Positions 46,337-55,672 of a stretch of DNA of 64,000 bases are shown one piece after another (positions within the stretch are counted from its first letter, which is position 1; the number at the start of each line of letters is the position of its first letter). The notes under the pieces are model-generated. The model ran no database searches, was not told the origin of the DNA, and worked only from the letters and a program-made list of their open reading frames with translations. The stretch comes from Thermomicrobiales bacterium (GTDB lineage: Bacteria; Chloroflexota; Chloroflexia; Thermomicrobiales; UBA6265): positions 293,642 to 357,641 of the forward strand of contig JBJMMD010000016.1 in NCBI GenBank assembly GCA_045804965.1, given 5' to 3'. The translations under genes and the position numbers were made by a program.

Positions 46337-48151
46337 ATGTCATCGGGGCGGTTTCGGTTGGCCAAGCCGATTCGGTTGTTCATGGTTTTCGCTATCTTCG
46401 TCAGCGCCGGCAGTCTTTCAGTCAAAGGCCAAGATGCAGCCGGAGCGCCGCTTTACCCCGATATCAGAACCGCAAAACCATCGGGTCTCTACATCCAGGC
46501 ACCCAACGCCGAACATCCGCATTGGGTGCTCCGCTTCGACAATACGATCGGGAATTGGGGCAGTGGGCGCCTCGAGCTCGAAGCGATCGCGAACTCCGAC
46601 AACTCGAAAACGATCTATCAAAATGTCTACGATGCGCCAACCGGCGGCAACCTGGTCACACACATAAAGGTAAACGCAGACTTCATCTACCACCCAACCC
46701 ACAATCATTTCCACTTCACCGATTTTGCCAGTTACGACCTCCTCATCCGAGATTCCAAGGGCGCCTATCGACCAACCGTGAAGAAGGGCAACAAGACGAG
46801 TTTTTGTATCATCGACTCGATTCCCGTTTCCTTTCTTGGTTCGAGCTACAGCGGTTTTCACGGCAGCTACGACTTCTGCGACGCTCACATGCAAGGCCTG
46901 TCGGCCGGATGGGCGGACGTCTACACGGCGGTGCTTCCCGACCAATGGATCGATCTCGGCTCGACATCGCTCGCCAACGGTCAGTACGCGATCCTCACCG
47001 TCGCCGATCCCATGAATCACCTGCGAGAGTCAAACGATCAGAACAACGCGAATGAAACCTTTTTTACGGTCGCCAGCGGCCACATCACCATCACCACCGC
47101 CCCGCCGACCTGCATAGTGACGCCGGCAATTGCCACGGTCGATCAAACGCTCGTGCTCAATTGCAGCGGGTTCGCCAATGGTGAGCAAGTGAATCTCTAC
47201 TGGGGCAGCGTGAACACAACGCCAAAGCAAATCGTGACGGCAACCTCGACCGGCGCCGTGACCGGTTCGTTCAAAATACCCGAAGCAGGCTCCGGGATTC
47301 ATTACGTCATCGCCACTGGTCAGACCAGCCACTCAGCGGCCTATGGCGCGATGCAAGTGATCCCGCGCATCTCCATTACGCCAACGCTCGGCAAAGTCGG
47401 ATCGACCCTGACCGTCTCCGCTCATGGTTACGCCTCGGGCGAAACGGTCCGCTTCAGCTTCTGCAAAGTGCCGGGAGTGTCAACGCTGATGGCGACCGCA
47501 CCGGCCGACAAATATGGCCGGGCCGAGGTGTCCTTCACGGTGCCTGCCAGCCAACTCGGCAGCCACCTCATTGCCGTCAAGGGCGCGAGCAGCGGCCTGT
47601 CCTCAGCGCGCACGTATACCGTGCAACCGAGCGTCCAGCTCTTCCCATCTGCGGGCGTTCCGGGCGCGGCCATCGAATTGTCACTGCGAGGATTCCAAGC
47701 CGGGGAAGTGGTCGCGATCAAGCTCGAAGGCCGCAGCACCCCGGTGAAGATGATCACGGTCTCGTCAACCGGCAGCGCCGTCGCGAGCTCGGCGACGTCG
47801 TTCAAGATCCCAGCGTCATATGGCGGCGGAGATTACCAAGTCACGGCCATGGGCCAAACGAGCAACGTCAACGCCTTCCGAACGCTTACCGTCCTCGCGA
47901 AGAGCGGGGCCAATGCGCCGTCGCCAACGCTCACCGCGACCTTGACGACCACAGCCACGCCAACCGAAGTCGCGTCCCCCGGAGCGACGGGACCCGTCAT
48001 TCCGGTTGCGACCGCAACGGAAGGACCGACTGACACGCCAACCGGAACTTCGACCGCTGCTCCCACGGAAACTCAATCCTTGGCGCCGACTTCAACGCCG
48101 ATCGACACCCCGACCGAGGTGCCAACGGAGACCTCAACGGTGTCACCGTAA
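46337..48151 (+). CDS. secreted lysyl-oxidase-like (LOX catalytic domain) protein with Ig-like repeats and a Thr/Pro-rich tail
   Basis: Signal peptide. HPTHNHFHF (His-x-His-x-His), KTSFCIIDS, QGLSAGWADVY, DQWIDLGS and GQYAILTV parallel animal LOX HKASFCLED / QGLSPGCYDTY / CQWIDITD / GNYILKV. Confidence 0.65.
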   Translation: MSSGRFRLAKPIRLFMVFAIFVSAGSLSVKGQDAAGAPLYPDIRTAKPSGLYIQAPNAEHPHWVLRFDNTIGNWGSGRLELEAIANSDNSKTIYQNVYDAPTGGNLVTHIKVNADFIYHPTHNHFHFTDFASYDLLIRDSKGAYRPTVKKGNKTSFCIIDSIPVSFLGSSYSGFHGSYDFCDAHMQGLSAGWADVYTAVLPDQWIDLGSTSLANGQYAILTVADPMNHLRESNDQNNANETFFTVASGHITITTAPPTCIVTPAIATVDQTLVLNCSGFANGEQVNLYWGSVNTTPKQIVTATSTGAVTGSFKIPEAGSGIHYVIATGQTSHSAAYGAMQVIPRISITPTLGKVGSTLTVSAHGYASGETVRFSFCKVPGVSTLMATAPADKYGRAEVSFTVPASQLGSHLIAVKGASSGLSSARTYTVQPSVQLFPSAGVPGAAIELSLRGFQAGEVVAIKLEGRSTPVKMITVSSTGSAVASSATSFKIPASYGGGDYQVTAMGQTSNVNAFRTLTVLAKSGANAPSPTLTATLTTTATPTEVASPGATGPVIPVATATEGPTDTPTGTSTAAPTETQSLAPTSTPIDTPTEVPTETSTVSP

Positions 48152-48279
48152 GAGTTCCCTCACCCCCAGCCCCTCGCCCTTGCGAGGGCGAGGGGAGACG
48201 CTCGTCTGAGTTTGTGCATCCATCCTTCCTTCTCTCACGCATGGGAGAGGGTGACGCGAAGCGCCGGGTGAGGGAACTC
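48152..48279. repeat. 128-bp MITE-like element, family B, with perfect 14-bp terminal inverted repeats
   Basis: gagttccctcaccc (48152-48165) and gggtgagggaactc (48266-48279). Internal hairpin cccctcgcccttgcgagggcgagggg (48170-48195), then ggtgacgcgaagcgccgggtgaggg. Confidence 0.8.
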
Positions 48280-48288
48280 CCTACCGAT

Positions 48289-49266
48289 TTACGGCTTATC
48301 CCGGTACATCTCGGTCAGCAAACGCACTGACTCGGCCATCCGTTGCCGAAGCTCGCGCGGAGCAATTACTTCCGCTTCCTTCCCGAATTTGAACAACGCG
48401 TGTTCGCTGACGTGGATCGACTCGATCGGGATCGTTACTTCAGTCCAGCCTGTTTTGTCTGCGGCACGGGCGCTGGCCAGCGCGGCCTCTGAGACGAATG
48501 GCTCGAAGAAAATCGGCAACAACTCGAGACCGTGCGGCGAAAGACGCACGATCGCTTCCCGGTTAAATAACCGCGATTGGAAATGTCCGAGCCACGACTG
48601 CCAGTAGGTTCCGAGGTCGAAATCTTTGGGCCGTTCAAAGTGCTCGCCAAGCACCTTAATGTCAAACACGCGGGAAATGCGGTAGGTTCGGGGCTGGTCA
48701 TTGGCGGCAGCCACGAGGTACCAGACGCCGGCCTTGAGCACTAACCCGAGTGGATTGAGCGTCCGCGTGACATGCTGCCGGCCCCATCGTTCGTAACCGA
48801 TTGCTAACGACCGCTGGTTCCAGACCGCGTCCGCGATCTCAGCGAGGTATTCAGGACGCTCTTGTTCGTGGAACCAGCCCGGAGCATCGAGGTGAAAACG
48901 CTCGCGGATTCGACCGGCGCGCGTACGCAATTCCGGCGGGAGCGCGGCAAGCAGCTTCAACTGCGCCGCCGCAAGCACTTCGCCCAGACCAAGCTCGGCT
49001 GCCGGACCAGGCACGCCGGCCAGAAACAGGGTATCCGCCTCGTCAGCGGTTAGACCGGTCAACCGCGTGCGGTAACCGTCGATTAACTGGTAGCCGCCGG
49101 CGGGCCCCCGATCGCCGTAAAGCGGGATGCCCGCGGCGCTGAGCGAATCGACGTCGCGGTAAACCGTTCGCAGCGAAACTTCGAGCTCATCCGCGAGTTC
49201 TTGCGCGGTCATCCGTCCGCGGGTTTGGAGCAGGAGAAGCATCGAAAGTAGCCGGCTTGCTCGCAT
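48289..49266 (-). CDS. YafY-family (HTH plus WYL domain) transcriptional regulator
   Basis: MRASRLLSMLLLLQTRGRMTAQELADELEVSLRTVYRDVDSL, 325 aa. Confidence 0.8.
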   Translation of the reverse strand: MRASRLLSMLLLLQTRGRMTAQELADELEVSLRTVYRDVDSLSAAGIPLYGDRGPAGGYQLIDGYRTRLTGLTADEADTLFLAGVPGPAAELGLGEVLAAAQLKLLAALPPELRTRAGRIRERFHLDAPGWFHEQERPEYLAEIADAVWNQRSLAIGYERWGRQHVTRTLNPLGLVLKAGVWYLVAAANDQPRTYRISRVFDIKVLGEHFERPKDFDLGTYWQSWLGHFQSRLFNREAIVRLSPHGLELLPIFFEPFVSEAALASARAADKTGWTEVTIPIESIHVSEHALFKFGKEAEVIAPRELRQRMAESVRLLTEMYRDKP

Positions 49267-49286
49267 AAAGGTAGTGTCTCACATTT

Positions 49287-49317
49287 CTTGTCAATTTCTG
49301 TCAGGAATAGCTGTCAG
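49287..49317. promoter_or_regulatory. TGTCA repeats in the divergent yafY/DUF3224 intergenic region (candidate operator)
   Basis: cttgtca (49287-49293), ctgtcag (49298-49304), ctgtcag (49311-49317). Confidence 0.3.
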
Positions 49318-49389
49318 CATGGACCGAGTGCGGGATGTCGATGCGACCTGCGGCTCGGAATTTGAAATTTCCTTGAAGGAGCACGCGCG

Positions 49390-49785
49390 ATGAGATCACA
49401 CGCGACTGGTACGTTCGCTGGCAAGAGCTGGGATGAAGAGACGTACGATGAAGCAGAGGGCCGGCCGAAGCTCTCCCGCGCCTCCGTGACCAACGCCTAC
49501 TCAGGCGACCTTGAAGGTGAAGGCAAGTTGGAATACCTCCTCGCCTATCAACATGATGACGCGGCCAGCTTCGTCGGCATCGAACGCGTTGTCGGACGCA
49601 TCGGCGACAAGTCTGGCAGTTTCGTCTTGCAGCAGAGCGGGACCTACGAAAACGGCGTTGCCAAAGGCGAATGGTTCGTCGTGCCCGGCACTGGAACCGA
49701 GGAGCTGACTGGATTACGCGGGGAAGGTGATTTCGAAGCAAGCCATGAGAGCGCGGCGTTTACCCTCGATTATGAGATAGGTTAG
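49390..49785 (+). CDS. DUF3224-family protein
   Basis: 131 aa. GDLEGEG..EYL and VPGTGTEELTGLRGEG motifs. AAGGAG lies upstream. Confidence 0.6.
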   Translation: MRSHATGTFAGKSWDEETYDEAEGRPKLSRASVTNAYSGDLEGEGKLEYLLAYQHDDAASFVGIERVVGRIGDKSGSFVLQQSGTYENGVAKGEWFVVPGTGTEELTGLRGEGDFEASHESAAFTLDYEIG

Positions 49786-49791
49786 GGTCAT

Positions 49792-50484
49792 ATGACGCTG
49801 TACAAGCTCTATCTGCAATCCGGCCCCAAGTTCATGAAAACGGAAGTGCGGGTGCTCGAACTCCTCGGCTGCACCACCAACGGGCCGACGACCGAAGAGG
49901 CGCTCGCCATGACGCCCGAAGCGATTCGCGATTACCTCCGTTTTCTGGAGCGCCACGGCGAAGCGGTCGATGTCAATCAGACGATCGAAACGGAAGTCGC
50001 CCTTCACAACACCGAAGGTCTAATGAATCCCGCGCTGATATTCGAACCGGATCGCGAACCGGTCAGCAAAGCCGACGTCGAGATCTACATCGAACGTCTG
50101 ATCTGGATGCGATCGGACACGCTCGACCTGATCGAGGGCCTCAGCGAGCGCCAGCTCACTGAAAAACCGGAGCCTGGACGGTCGATCCGCCGCATCCTCG
50201 AACATATCTATGGCGCCGAGTACAACTATGTGCGCCGATTCGGAAAGATCGACGGCGTGGCAGGACCGGGCAACGTCGAAGACCTTGCCCTGCCTGAGCT
50301 CTTGGACTTGATGGACTACGTGCAGGAAAAAGAGATCGTCCACCTGCGTTCGCTGAGCGACGCGAAGCGTTCCGAACCCATCATCCACAAGAGCTACAAC
50401 AACACGCCGCGCCAGTATTTCCGTTTCATGGTCGAACATCACTGGGAGCACATGAACGAAATCAGGGACCGGCTTGGGGCTTGA
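49792..50484 (+). CDS. HicB-like N-terminal domain fused to a DinB-family domain
   Basis: LELLGCTTNGPTTEEALAMTPEAIRDYLRFL (UPF0150/HicB-like), then RRILEHIYGAEYNY .. HHWEHMNEI. Confidence 0.55.
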   Translation: MTLYKLYLQSGPKFMKTEVRVLELLGCTTNGPTTEEALAMTPEAIRDYLRFLERHGEAVDVNQTIETEVALHNTEGLMNPALIFEPDREPVSKADVEIYIERLIWMRSDTLDLIEGLSERQLTEKPEPGRSIRRILEHIYGAEYNYVRRFGKIDGVAGPGNVEDLALPELLDLMDYVQEKEIVHLRSLSDAKRSEPIIHKSYNNTPRQYFRFMVEHHWEHMNEIRDRLGA

Positions 50485-50553
50485 GCCGAGGTCCATCTCG
50501 CCGCGGAACGCACCTTCTGCGATCATGTGTAGTGCCAATTCCTCGCCAGCCTT

Positions 50554-50584
50554 GCGCAATGTGGCACGGCAAGGGCGCAATGTG
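50554..50584 (+). promoter_or_regulatory. direct repeat GCGCAATGTG x2 at 21-bp spacing immediately upstream of the aminotransferase start
   Basis: Copies at 50554-50563 and 50575-50584. The second abuts the GAAGGGAG ribosome-binding site. Confidence 0.3.
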
Positions 50585-50597
50585 AAGGGAGTTCGCG

Positions 50598-51920
50598 ATG
50601 CCCAGCGAGGCCGTCATCACTGCCACGCATGACCAGACCATCGCCAAGTACAAGGAATTCGTCACTACGAGTTTCGTGGCGTCGATCGAGCCGGTTGTCG
50701 TCGACCGGGCGGAGGGCGCGAAGGTCTGGGATGCGGACGGCACGGAATACATCGACTGTTTCGCGGGGATCGCGGTCGTCAACGCCGGCCATCGCCATCC
50801 GCGCGTCGTCGCCGCGGTGCGCGAACAACTCGACAAGGTCATTCACGCCGCGACCTACATCTATTACCTCCCCATCGTCGCGGAATACGCGGAGAAGATC
50901 GCCGAGATCGCGCCCGGCAGTCTCAGCAAGACCTTTTTCGGCAATTCCGGCGCGGAAGGCATCGAAACCGCGCTGCGCCTCGCCAAGGCCTACACCGGTC
51001 GCAGCGAGTTCATCACCCTCACCCATTCCTTCCACGGCCGGACCAACGCAACGCTCTCCATCACCGGTAATAAGGCCCGCAAAACGCGGGGTGGACCCTA
51101 TCTCCCCGGCGTCGCCTTCGCGCCCGCGCCGTATATCTACCGCAACCCATTCGGCACGGACGATCCCGAAACCGTGGCCGAACGTTGCGCGGAGATGGTC
51201 GAATGGGCGATCAATTATCAATCAAGCGGCGACATCGCCGCCTTCATTGCCGAACCAGTCATGGGCGAAGGTGGCATTCTCGTCCCGCCTGCCAAGTACT
51301 TCCGCCGCGTGAAGGAGATCCTTGACCGCCATGACATCCTCTTTATCGCCGACGAGGTTCAGAGCGGCTTCGGTCGCACCGGCAAGATGTTCGCGATCGA
51401 GCATTTCGGGGTAGAACCGGACATCATGGTCATGGCGAAGGGTATCGCGGACGGCTTCCCGCTCAGCGCGACCGTTTCCCGGCCCGAAATCGCCGATTCG
51501 CTGAAACCGGGCGAACACCTCTCAACCTTCGGCGGGAACCCAATCTCTTGCGCCGCCGCTATCGCCAACATCGACGTCGTGCGCGACGAACGCCTGCCCG
51601 AGGAATCCGCGCGCAAGGGCGCGCGAGCGATGGAACGGCTCAGCGAGTTGCAATCACGCCACGCCTTGATCGGCGAGGTCCGCGGTCTGGGCCTCATGAT
51701 CGGCGTCGAATTGGTCACTGACCGCGCCACCAAGCAACCCGCGACAAAACAAGCAGGCCAGGTTCGCCGCCTTTGTCGCGAAGCAGGCGTCCTCGTCGGC
51801 GTCGGCGGTCAAGCTGGAAACGTCGTCCGTGTCCAACCGCCCCTCGTCATCGCCGATGCGGACCTCGATCGTGCGATAGATGTCCTCGATCGCGCGTTGG
51901 CTGAGGTTGAGGCGGAATAA
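50598..51920 (+). CDS. class-III PLP aminotransferase (GABA/omega-amino-acid type)
   Basis: 440 aa. GNSGAEGIETALRLAK, ILFIADEVQSGFGRTG and STFGGNP motifs. Confidence 0.8.
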   Translation: MPSEAVITATHDQTIAKYKEFVTTSFVASIEPVVVDRAEGAKVWDADGTEYIDCFAGIAVVNAGHRHPRVVAAVREQLDKVIHAATYIYYLPIVAEYAEKIAEIAPGSLSKTFFGNSGAEGIETALRLAKAYTGRSEFITLTHSFHGRTNATLSITGNKARKTRGGPYLPGVAFAPAPYIYRNPFGTDDPETVAERCAEMVEWAINYQSSGDIAAFIAEPVMGEGGILVPPAKYFRRVKEILDRHDILFIADEVQSGFGRTGKMFAIEHFGVEPDIMVMAKGIADGFPLSATVSRPEIADSLKPGEHLSTFGGNPISCAAAIANIDVVRDERLPEESARKGARAMERLSELQSRHALIGEVRGLGLMIGVELVTDRATKQPATKQAGQVRRLCREAGVLVGVGGQAGNVVRVQPPLVIADADLDRAIDVLDRALAEVEAE

Positions 51921-51946
51921 GCGCGCCTCAGCCTCTGAAGCCAAGC

Positions 51947-52017
51947 ATTCCCTGAATCCCTGACCGCTTTTCCCGCGCACGGGAAGGGACGGTGCGGACC
52001 GCCGGGTGAAGAAACTC
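51947..52017. repeat. short variant of repeat family B
   Basis: attccctgaatccctgacc ... ttcccgcgcacgggaagggacggtgcggaccgccgggtgaagaaactc is collinear with the right half of 48152-48279. Confidence 0.55.
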
Positions 52018-52064
52018 TTGGCGGGTCTGTACATACTATTTCCCACCACCTGCCATAACCCGCT

Positions 52065-54683
52065 ATGATGGGGGCGCCACGGCTTCTCGAAGAAGCTAGA
52101 AAGTTTTGGGACAGGATGTCAAGGGTGGCGACCGCCGCTCGTCCAGATGTGGAACGCACGCCAATCGTGCCGTTTTCGCGGCCGCGGCACGACCGCCGCG
52201 CCTTGCCCGAGCTTCCCGTTCCCCTCACCCAACTCATCGGCCGCGAGCACGAAGTCATCTCGGTCATCGAACTGCTGCGGAAGCAAGACGTGCGCCTCGT
52301 CACCATCACCGGTCCCGGTGGTGTCGGCAAGACTCGCTTGGCCATCGAGGTCGCGAATGGGCTGGCGCCCGACTTCAACGACGGCGTTGGCTTCATCTCC
52401 TTGGCGTTGTTGCGCGAGCCGGAGCTCGTTGGCGCCGTTCTTATTCAGGCGCTCGAATTGCCAGACGCCGGCGGCCGTACGCCACTCGACCGTCTCATCG
52501 ATGAGCTGCACGATCGCAACGTGCTTCTCGTGCTCGACAATTTCGAACAGATCACGCCCGCGGCGCCGCTGATCACGTCGCTGCTCGCCGCCTGCGCGAG
52601 TCTGAAGTTTCTTGTCACCAGCCGCGCCCGCTTGCACGTCCGCGGCGAGCAGGAAGTGCCGATCAATCCCTTGCCCCTGCCCGCCGCGAATGTGCGGTTA
52701 ACTGCGGAAGCACTCAAAGACTACCCCGCCTTAGCGCTGTTTCTGAAGCGCTCGACTGAGGTCTACCCAAATCTGAACGTCACCGAGGCGAATATCGCCG
52801 CAATTGCCGAAATCTGCCGCCGACTCGACGGCCTGCCGCTCGCCATCGAGCTCGCCGCCGCCCGCTCGAAACTCCTCACCCCGACTTCGATGCTCTCTCG
52901 CATCGAACGGCGGTTGCCGCTCCTCACCGGAGGCGCGCGCGATCTGCCGGTGCGCCAGCAAACGATGCGCGATGCCATCGCCTGGACTCATGATCTCCTC
53001 CGTCCGGAGGAGCGCACCCTCTTTCATCGCCTCACCGTCTTCGCGGGCGGCTTTTCGCTTTCCGCGGCCGAGGCCGTGTGTGGCGATTGGCCAATCGATG
53101 GCAAGACCGGCGCCTGCGATGTTCTCAACGGGGTCGAATCATTGGTCGACAAGAACCTCTTGCGGCCGGTCGACAGCACGCTGCAACGAAGCGAAGAACC
53201 GCGGTTTGCATTCCTCGAAACGATCCGCGAATACGGCATCGAACAGCTTGCGGAATCGGGGGAACAGGACGAGGCGAGGCAACGGCACGCCATGTGGGCG
53301 CTTGCGCTCGCGGAGCAAATCGATGCCGTGTTCATCGGTCCGAACCAATCGCTCTTTCTCGATCAGCTCGACGACGAACTCGAAAACATGACTGACGCGT
53401 TACGCTGGGCACACGAGCAGCAAAACGCCGAAATCTGCATGGGGCTTGCCAACGCGCTCTGGCGCTACTGGTACATTCGAGGGTATCAGCGGCAAGGGCG
53501 GGATTGGCTCGATCGTGCCCAGAGTATCCCCGGCGCGGACAAGGTCGAGCCCATAGTCCGCGCTCGGACCTACAACAATCGCGCCAATTTCGCCCTTGAC
53601 ATGAGCGATTTCCCGGCGGCGCGAGATTTGTACGAGCAAGCGCTCGCGATTCGCCGCGAGATTGGCGACGACGGCGGCGCGGCAGATTGCCTCAACAACC
53701 TCGGCATTCTTGCCGCTTGCCAGGGCGACTTCAAGCGCGAATGTGCTTTGATGAGCGAAGCAGTCAGCATCTACCGTACCGCTCAGAGCCCGGACAAGCT
53801 TTCGAACGGTCTCTGCAACTACGGCGCGACACTCAACAGCAACGGTAAGTATGAGGAAGCGATCGCCCGCCTGAACGAAGCGATCGAGATTCAACGCGTG
53901 CGTGGCGATCATCTCGGCGAGGCGTATTCCCTGCTCCATCTCGCGGAAGTTGCGCGCGACACTGGAAACCTCCCGAGCGCGATTGCCCAATTCGAGCAAG
54001 CCCTGGCCCAGATGCGGCGCTTGGGCGACAAGCGCGGCATGGGCGTGGTGTGCAGCAGCCTCGGCCGCATCGCGGGTTCGTCCGATCCCCGCCGCTCCGC
54101 TGCCTACCATGGCGAAGCGCTCGGCTACCGGTGGGACATCGGCGACCGTCGTGGCATTGCCGAGGATCTCGAAGGGCTGGCCGCGATTGCCGTGACGAAG
54201 GGCCGCGCCACCCGGGCCGCCGAGCTGATCGCCATCGCCACCGCAATTCGCGACGAGATCGGATCGCCGGTCGCGGAGCCGCATCGCGACGCGCTCGAAC
54301 AAACTTTATCGGCCGCGCGCGAGGCGCTTGGGGCGAACGCCTTCGCGGCGGCCATGTCCGCCGGGAGACTGATGTCGCTCGAACGCGCGGTCTCAGAAGG
54401 CATGCTTGAAGCAGCCGAAATCGACAGCACTTCCCCGATGCAGGTCGACGTCGCTCCGCCTCCCATGCCGGTTCGCGTTCCCGATGCCGCCGGGCGCTTG
54501 ACCCCGCGCGAACGCGAGGTCTTGAAACTGCTGGCAGAGGGCAGCACCGACCGCGAAGTCGCCGACCGCCTATTCATTAGCCACCGCACCGCAATGCAGC
54601 ACGTGGCCAACATCCTCGGCAAGCTTGAAGTTAGTTCTCGCACTGCCGCCGCCGCCTTTGCCCTCCGCCACGGGCTCGCTTAA
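52065..54683 (+). CDS. large ATP-binding LuxR-family (LAL/MalT-like) regulator with TPR repeats
   Basis: Walker A GPGGVGKTRLA, a central TPR-like region, and the C-terminal HTH LTPREREVLKLLAEGSTDREVADRLFISHRTAMQHVANILGKL. Confidence 0.8.
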   Translation: MMGAPRLLEEARKFWDRMSRVATAARPDVERTPIVPFSRPRHDRRALPELPVPLTQLIGREHEVISVIELLRKQDVRLVTITGPGGVGKTRLAIEVANGLAPDFNDGVGFISLALLREPELVGAVLIQALELPDAGGRTPLDRLIDELHDRNVLLVLDNFEQITPAAPLITSLLAACASLKFLVTSRARLHVRGEQEVPINPLPLPAANVRLTAEALKDYPALALFLKRSTEVYPNLNVTEANIAAIAEICRRLDGLPLAIELAAARSKLLTPTSMLSRIERRLPLLTGGARDLPVRQQTMRDAIAWTHDLLRPEERTLFHRLTVFAGGFSLSAAEAVCGDWPIDGKTGACDVLNGVESLVDKNLLRPVDSTLQRSEEPRFAFLETIREYGIEQLAESGEQDEARQRHAMWALALAEQIDAVFIGPNQSLFLDQLDDELENMTDALRWAHEQQNAEICMGLANALWRYWYIRGYQRQGRDWLDRAQSIPGADKVEPIVRARTYNNRANFALDMSDFPAARDLYEQALAIRREIGDDGGAADCLNNLGILAACQGDFKRECALMSEAVSIYRTAQSPDKLSNGLCNYGATLNSNGKYEEAIARLNEAIEIQRVRGDHLGEAYSLLHLAEVARDTGNLPSAIAQFEQALAQMRRLGDKRGMGVVCSSLGRIAGSSDPRRSAAYHGEALGYRWDIGDRRGIAEDLEGLAAIAVTKGRATRAAELIAIATAIRDEIGSPVAEPHRDALEQTLSAAREALGANAFAAAMSAGRLMSLERAVSEGMLEAAEIDSTSPMQVDVAPPPMPVRVPDAAGRLTPREREVLKLLAEGSTDREVADRLFISHRTAMQHVANILGKLEVSSRTAAAAFALRHGLA

Positions 54684-54729
54684 CGGCGCCTCCTCCTTTT
54701 TGCGTACACGGCTACGTGAAATTGCCTAT

Positions 54730-54754
54730 CGGGCCTACGTACGGCCCGTTTTTT
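54730..54754 (+). terminator. intrinsic terminator after the LAL regulator
   Basis: CGGGCC-UACGUAC-GGCCCG followed by UUUUUU. Confidence 0.7.
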
Positions 54755-55230
54755 GAAATCAGTAATTTGGAGGATGCCCGACCATCAGCGACCGGGCATC
54801 ATGGCATTGTGCTCGGTAATGGTTCCGGGCTCGTAAGTGGAACCTCGGCGCCGGGGATAGCGATGGCGCGATAAGGAGCAGAGAAACGGTGGAGAGCAAC
54901 GTTGTGGATACGCGCGTATTTGGCAGTCCGACCGCGATCGCGGGACATGAGACCCGCCTGCTGGATCGAATGAGCGGTCTCGTGATTCGGATGAAATCGC
55001 TGCGATTGCCGAATTTCGCGGCATCGAGTTGGTTTCGCCTAGCGGCTGAGGGCGCGACGGACAAGGAATTGGAAGCGATGCCGGCGCACTCGGCAAATCG
55101 AGCGCTGGAAACAGCCAAAGCAAATGCTTACAAGTACGCAGGTTTCGGACTCAACTAAGTGGAGTTTTGGTTTTCGAGCAGACTGGGTCGGCCGCAGACC
55201 TGAATTGCGAGCGGCGATAAGGAGCCTGCG

Positions 55231-55398
55231 ATGTTGTGGATTGAAATGCTGATGGCGCTCATGGCGATCGTCGCGCTGGACCTGGCGAATTCTGCCCGTC
55301 CAGTCGTGGTTCGCCGCCGCGCCAGCGCCCAGGCGAAAGACGCGCGTGGACGACGAGGAGCGAGCGATGATCGCATTCGATCGGCCAGAAATTCTTGA
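55231..55398 (+). CDS. candidate small ORF (55 aa, hydrophobic N-terminus, Arg-rich tail)
   Basis: AAGGAG 6 nt upstream of the ATG. MLWIEMLMALMAIVALDLA.. It is below the ORF-track length cut-off and competes with an antisense ORF at 55259-55591. Confidence 0.3.
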   Translation: MLWIEMLMALMAIVALDLANSARPVVVRRRASAQAKDARGRRGASDDRIRSARNS

Positions 55399-55672
55399 GC
55401 CTGAAGTCGAGGAAACCGGAAGCGGGGCAGGGCAAGATGCGCCAGACGAAGGCGCTCCCGCCCCGGATGATGAAGACAGCGACGACTAGAACGGCAGCCG
55501 CCACGGAAGCTCGGGATTTCTGTCGATCTCTTTGGGACTTGCCACCCTCCTCGATTTGCCCATAGTGTTTCAGCGCCACGGCTAGCGCCATTCCACGCCG
55601 TTATTTTCCGCGGCGCTCGGCGCTCGGTGGTACTATCGCTCTCCAGACTTTGACGCCAGTGGAGGATCGGCG

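Noticed and set aside
55259-55591. A 110-aa minus-strand ORF with one hydrophobic segment.
   Set aside because: It has a weak ribosome-binding site and composition like shadow ORFs, and it overlaps the plus-strand small ORF that has a perfect SD. Neither can be confirmed from sequence alone.
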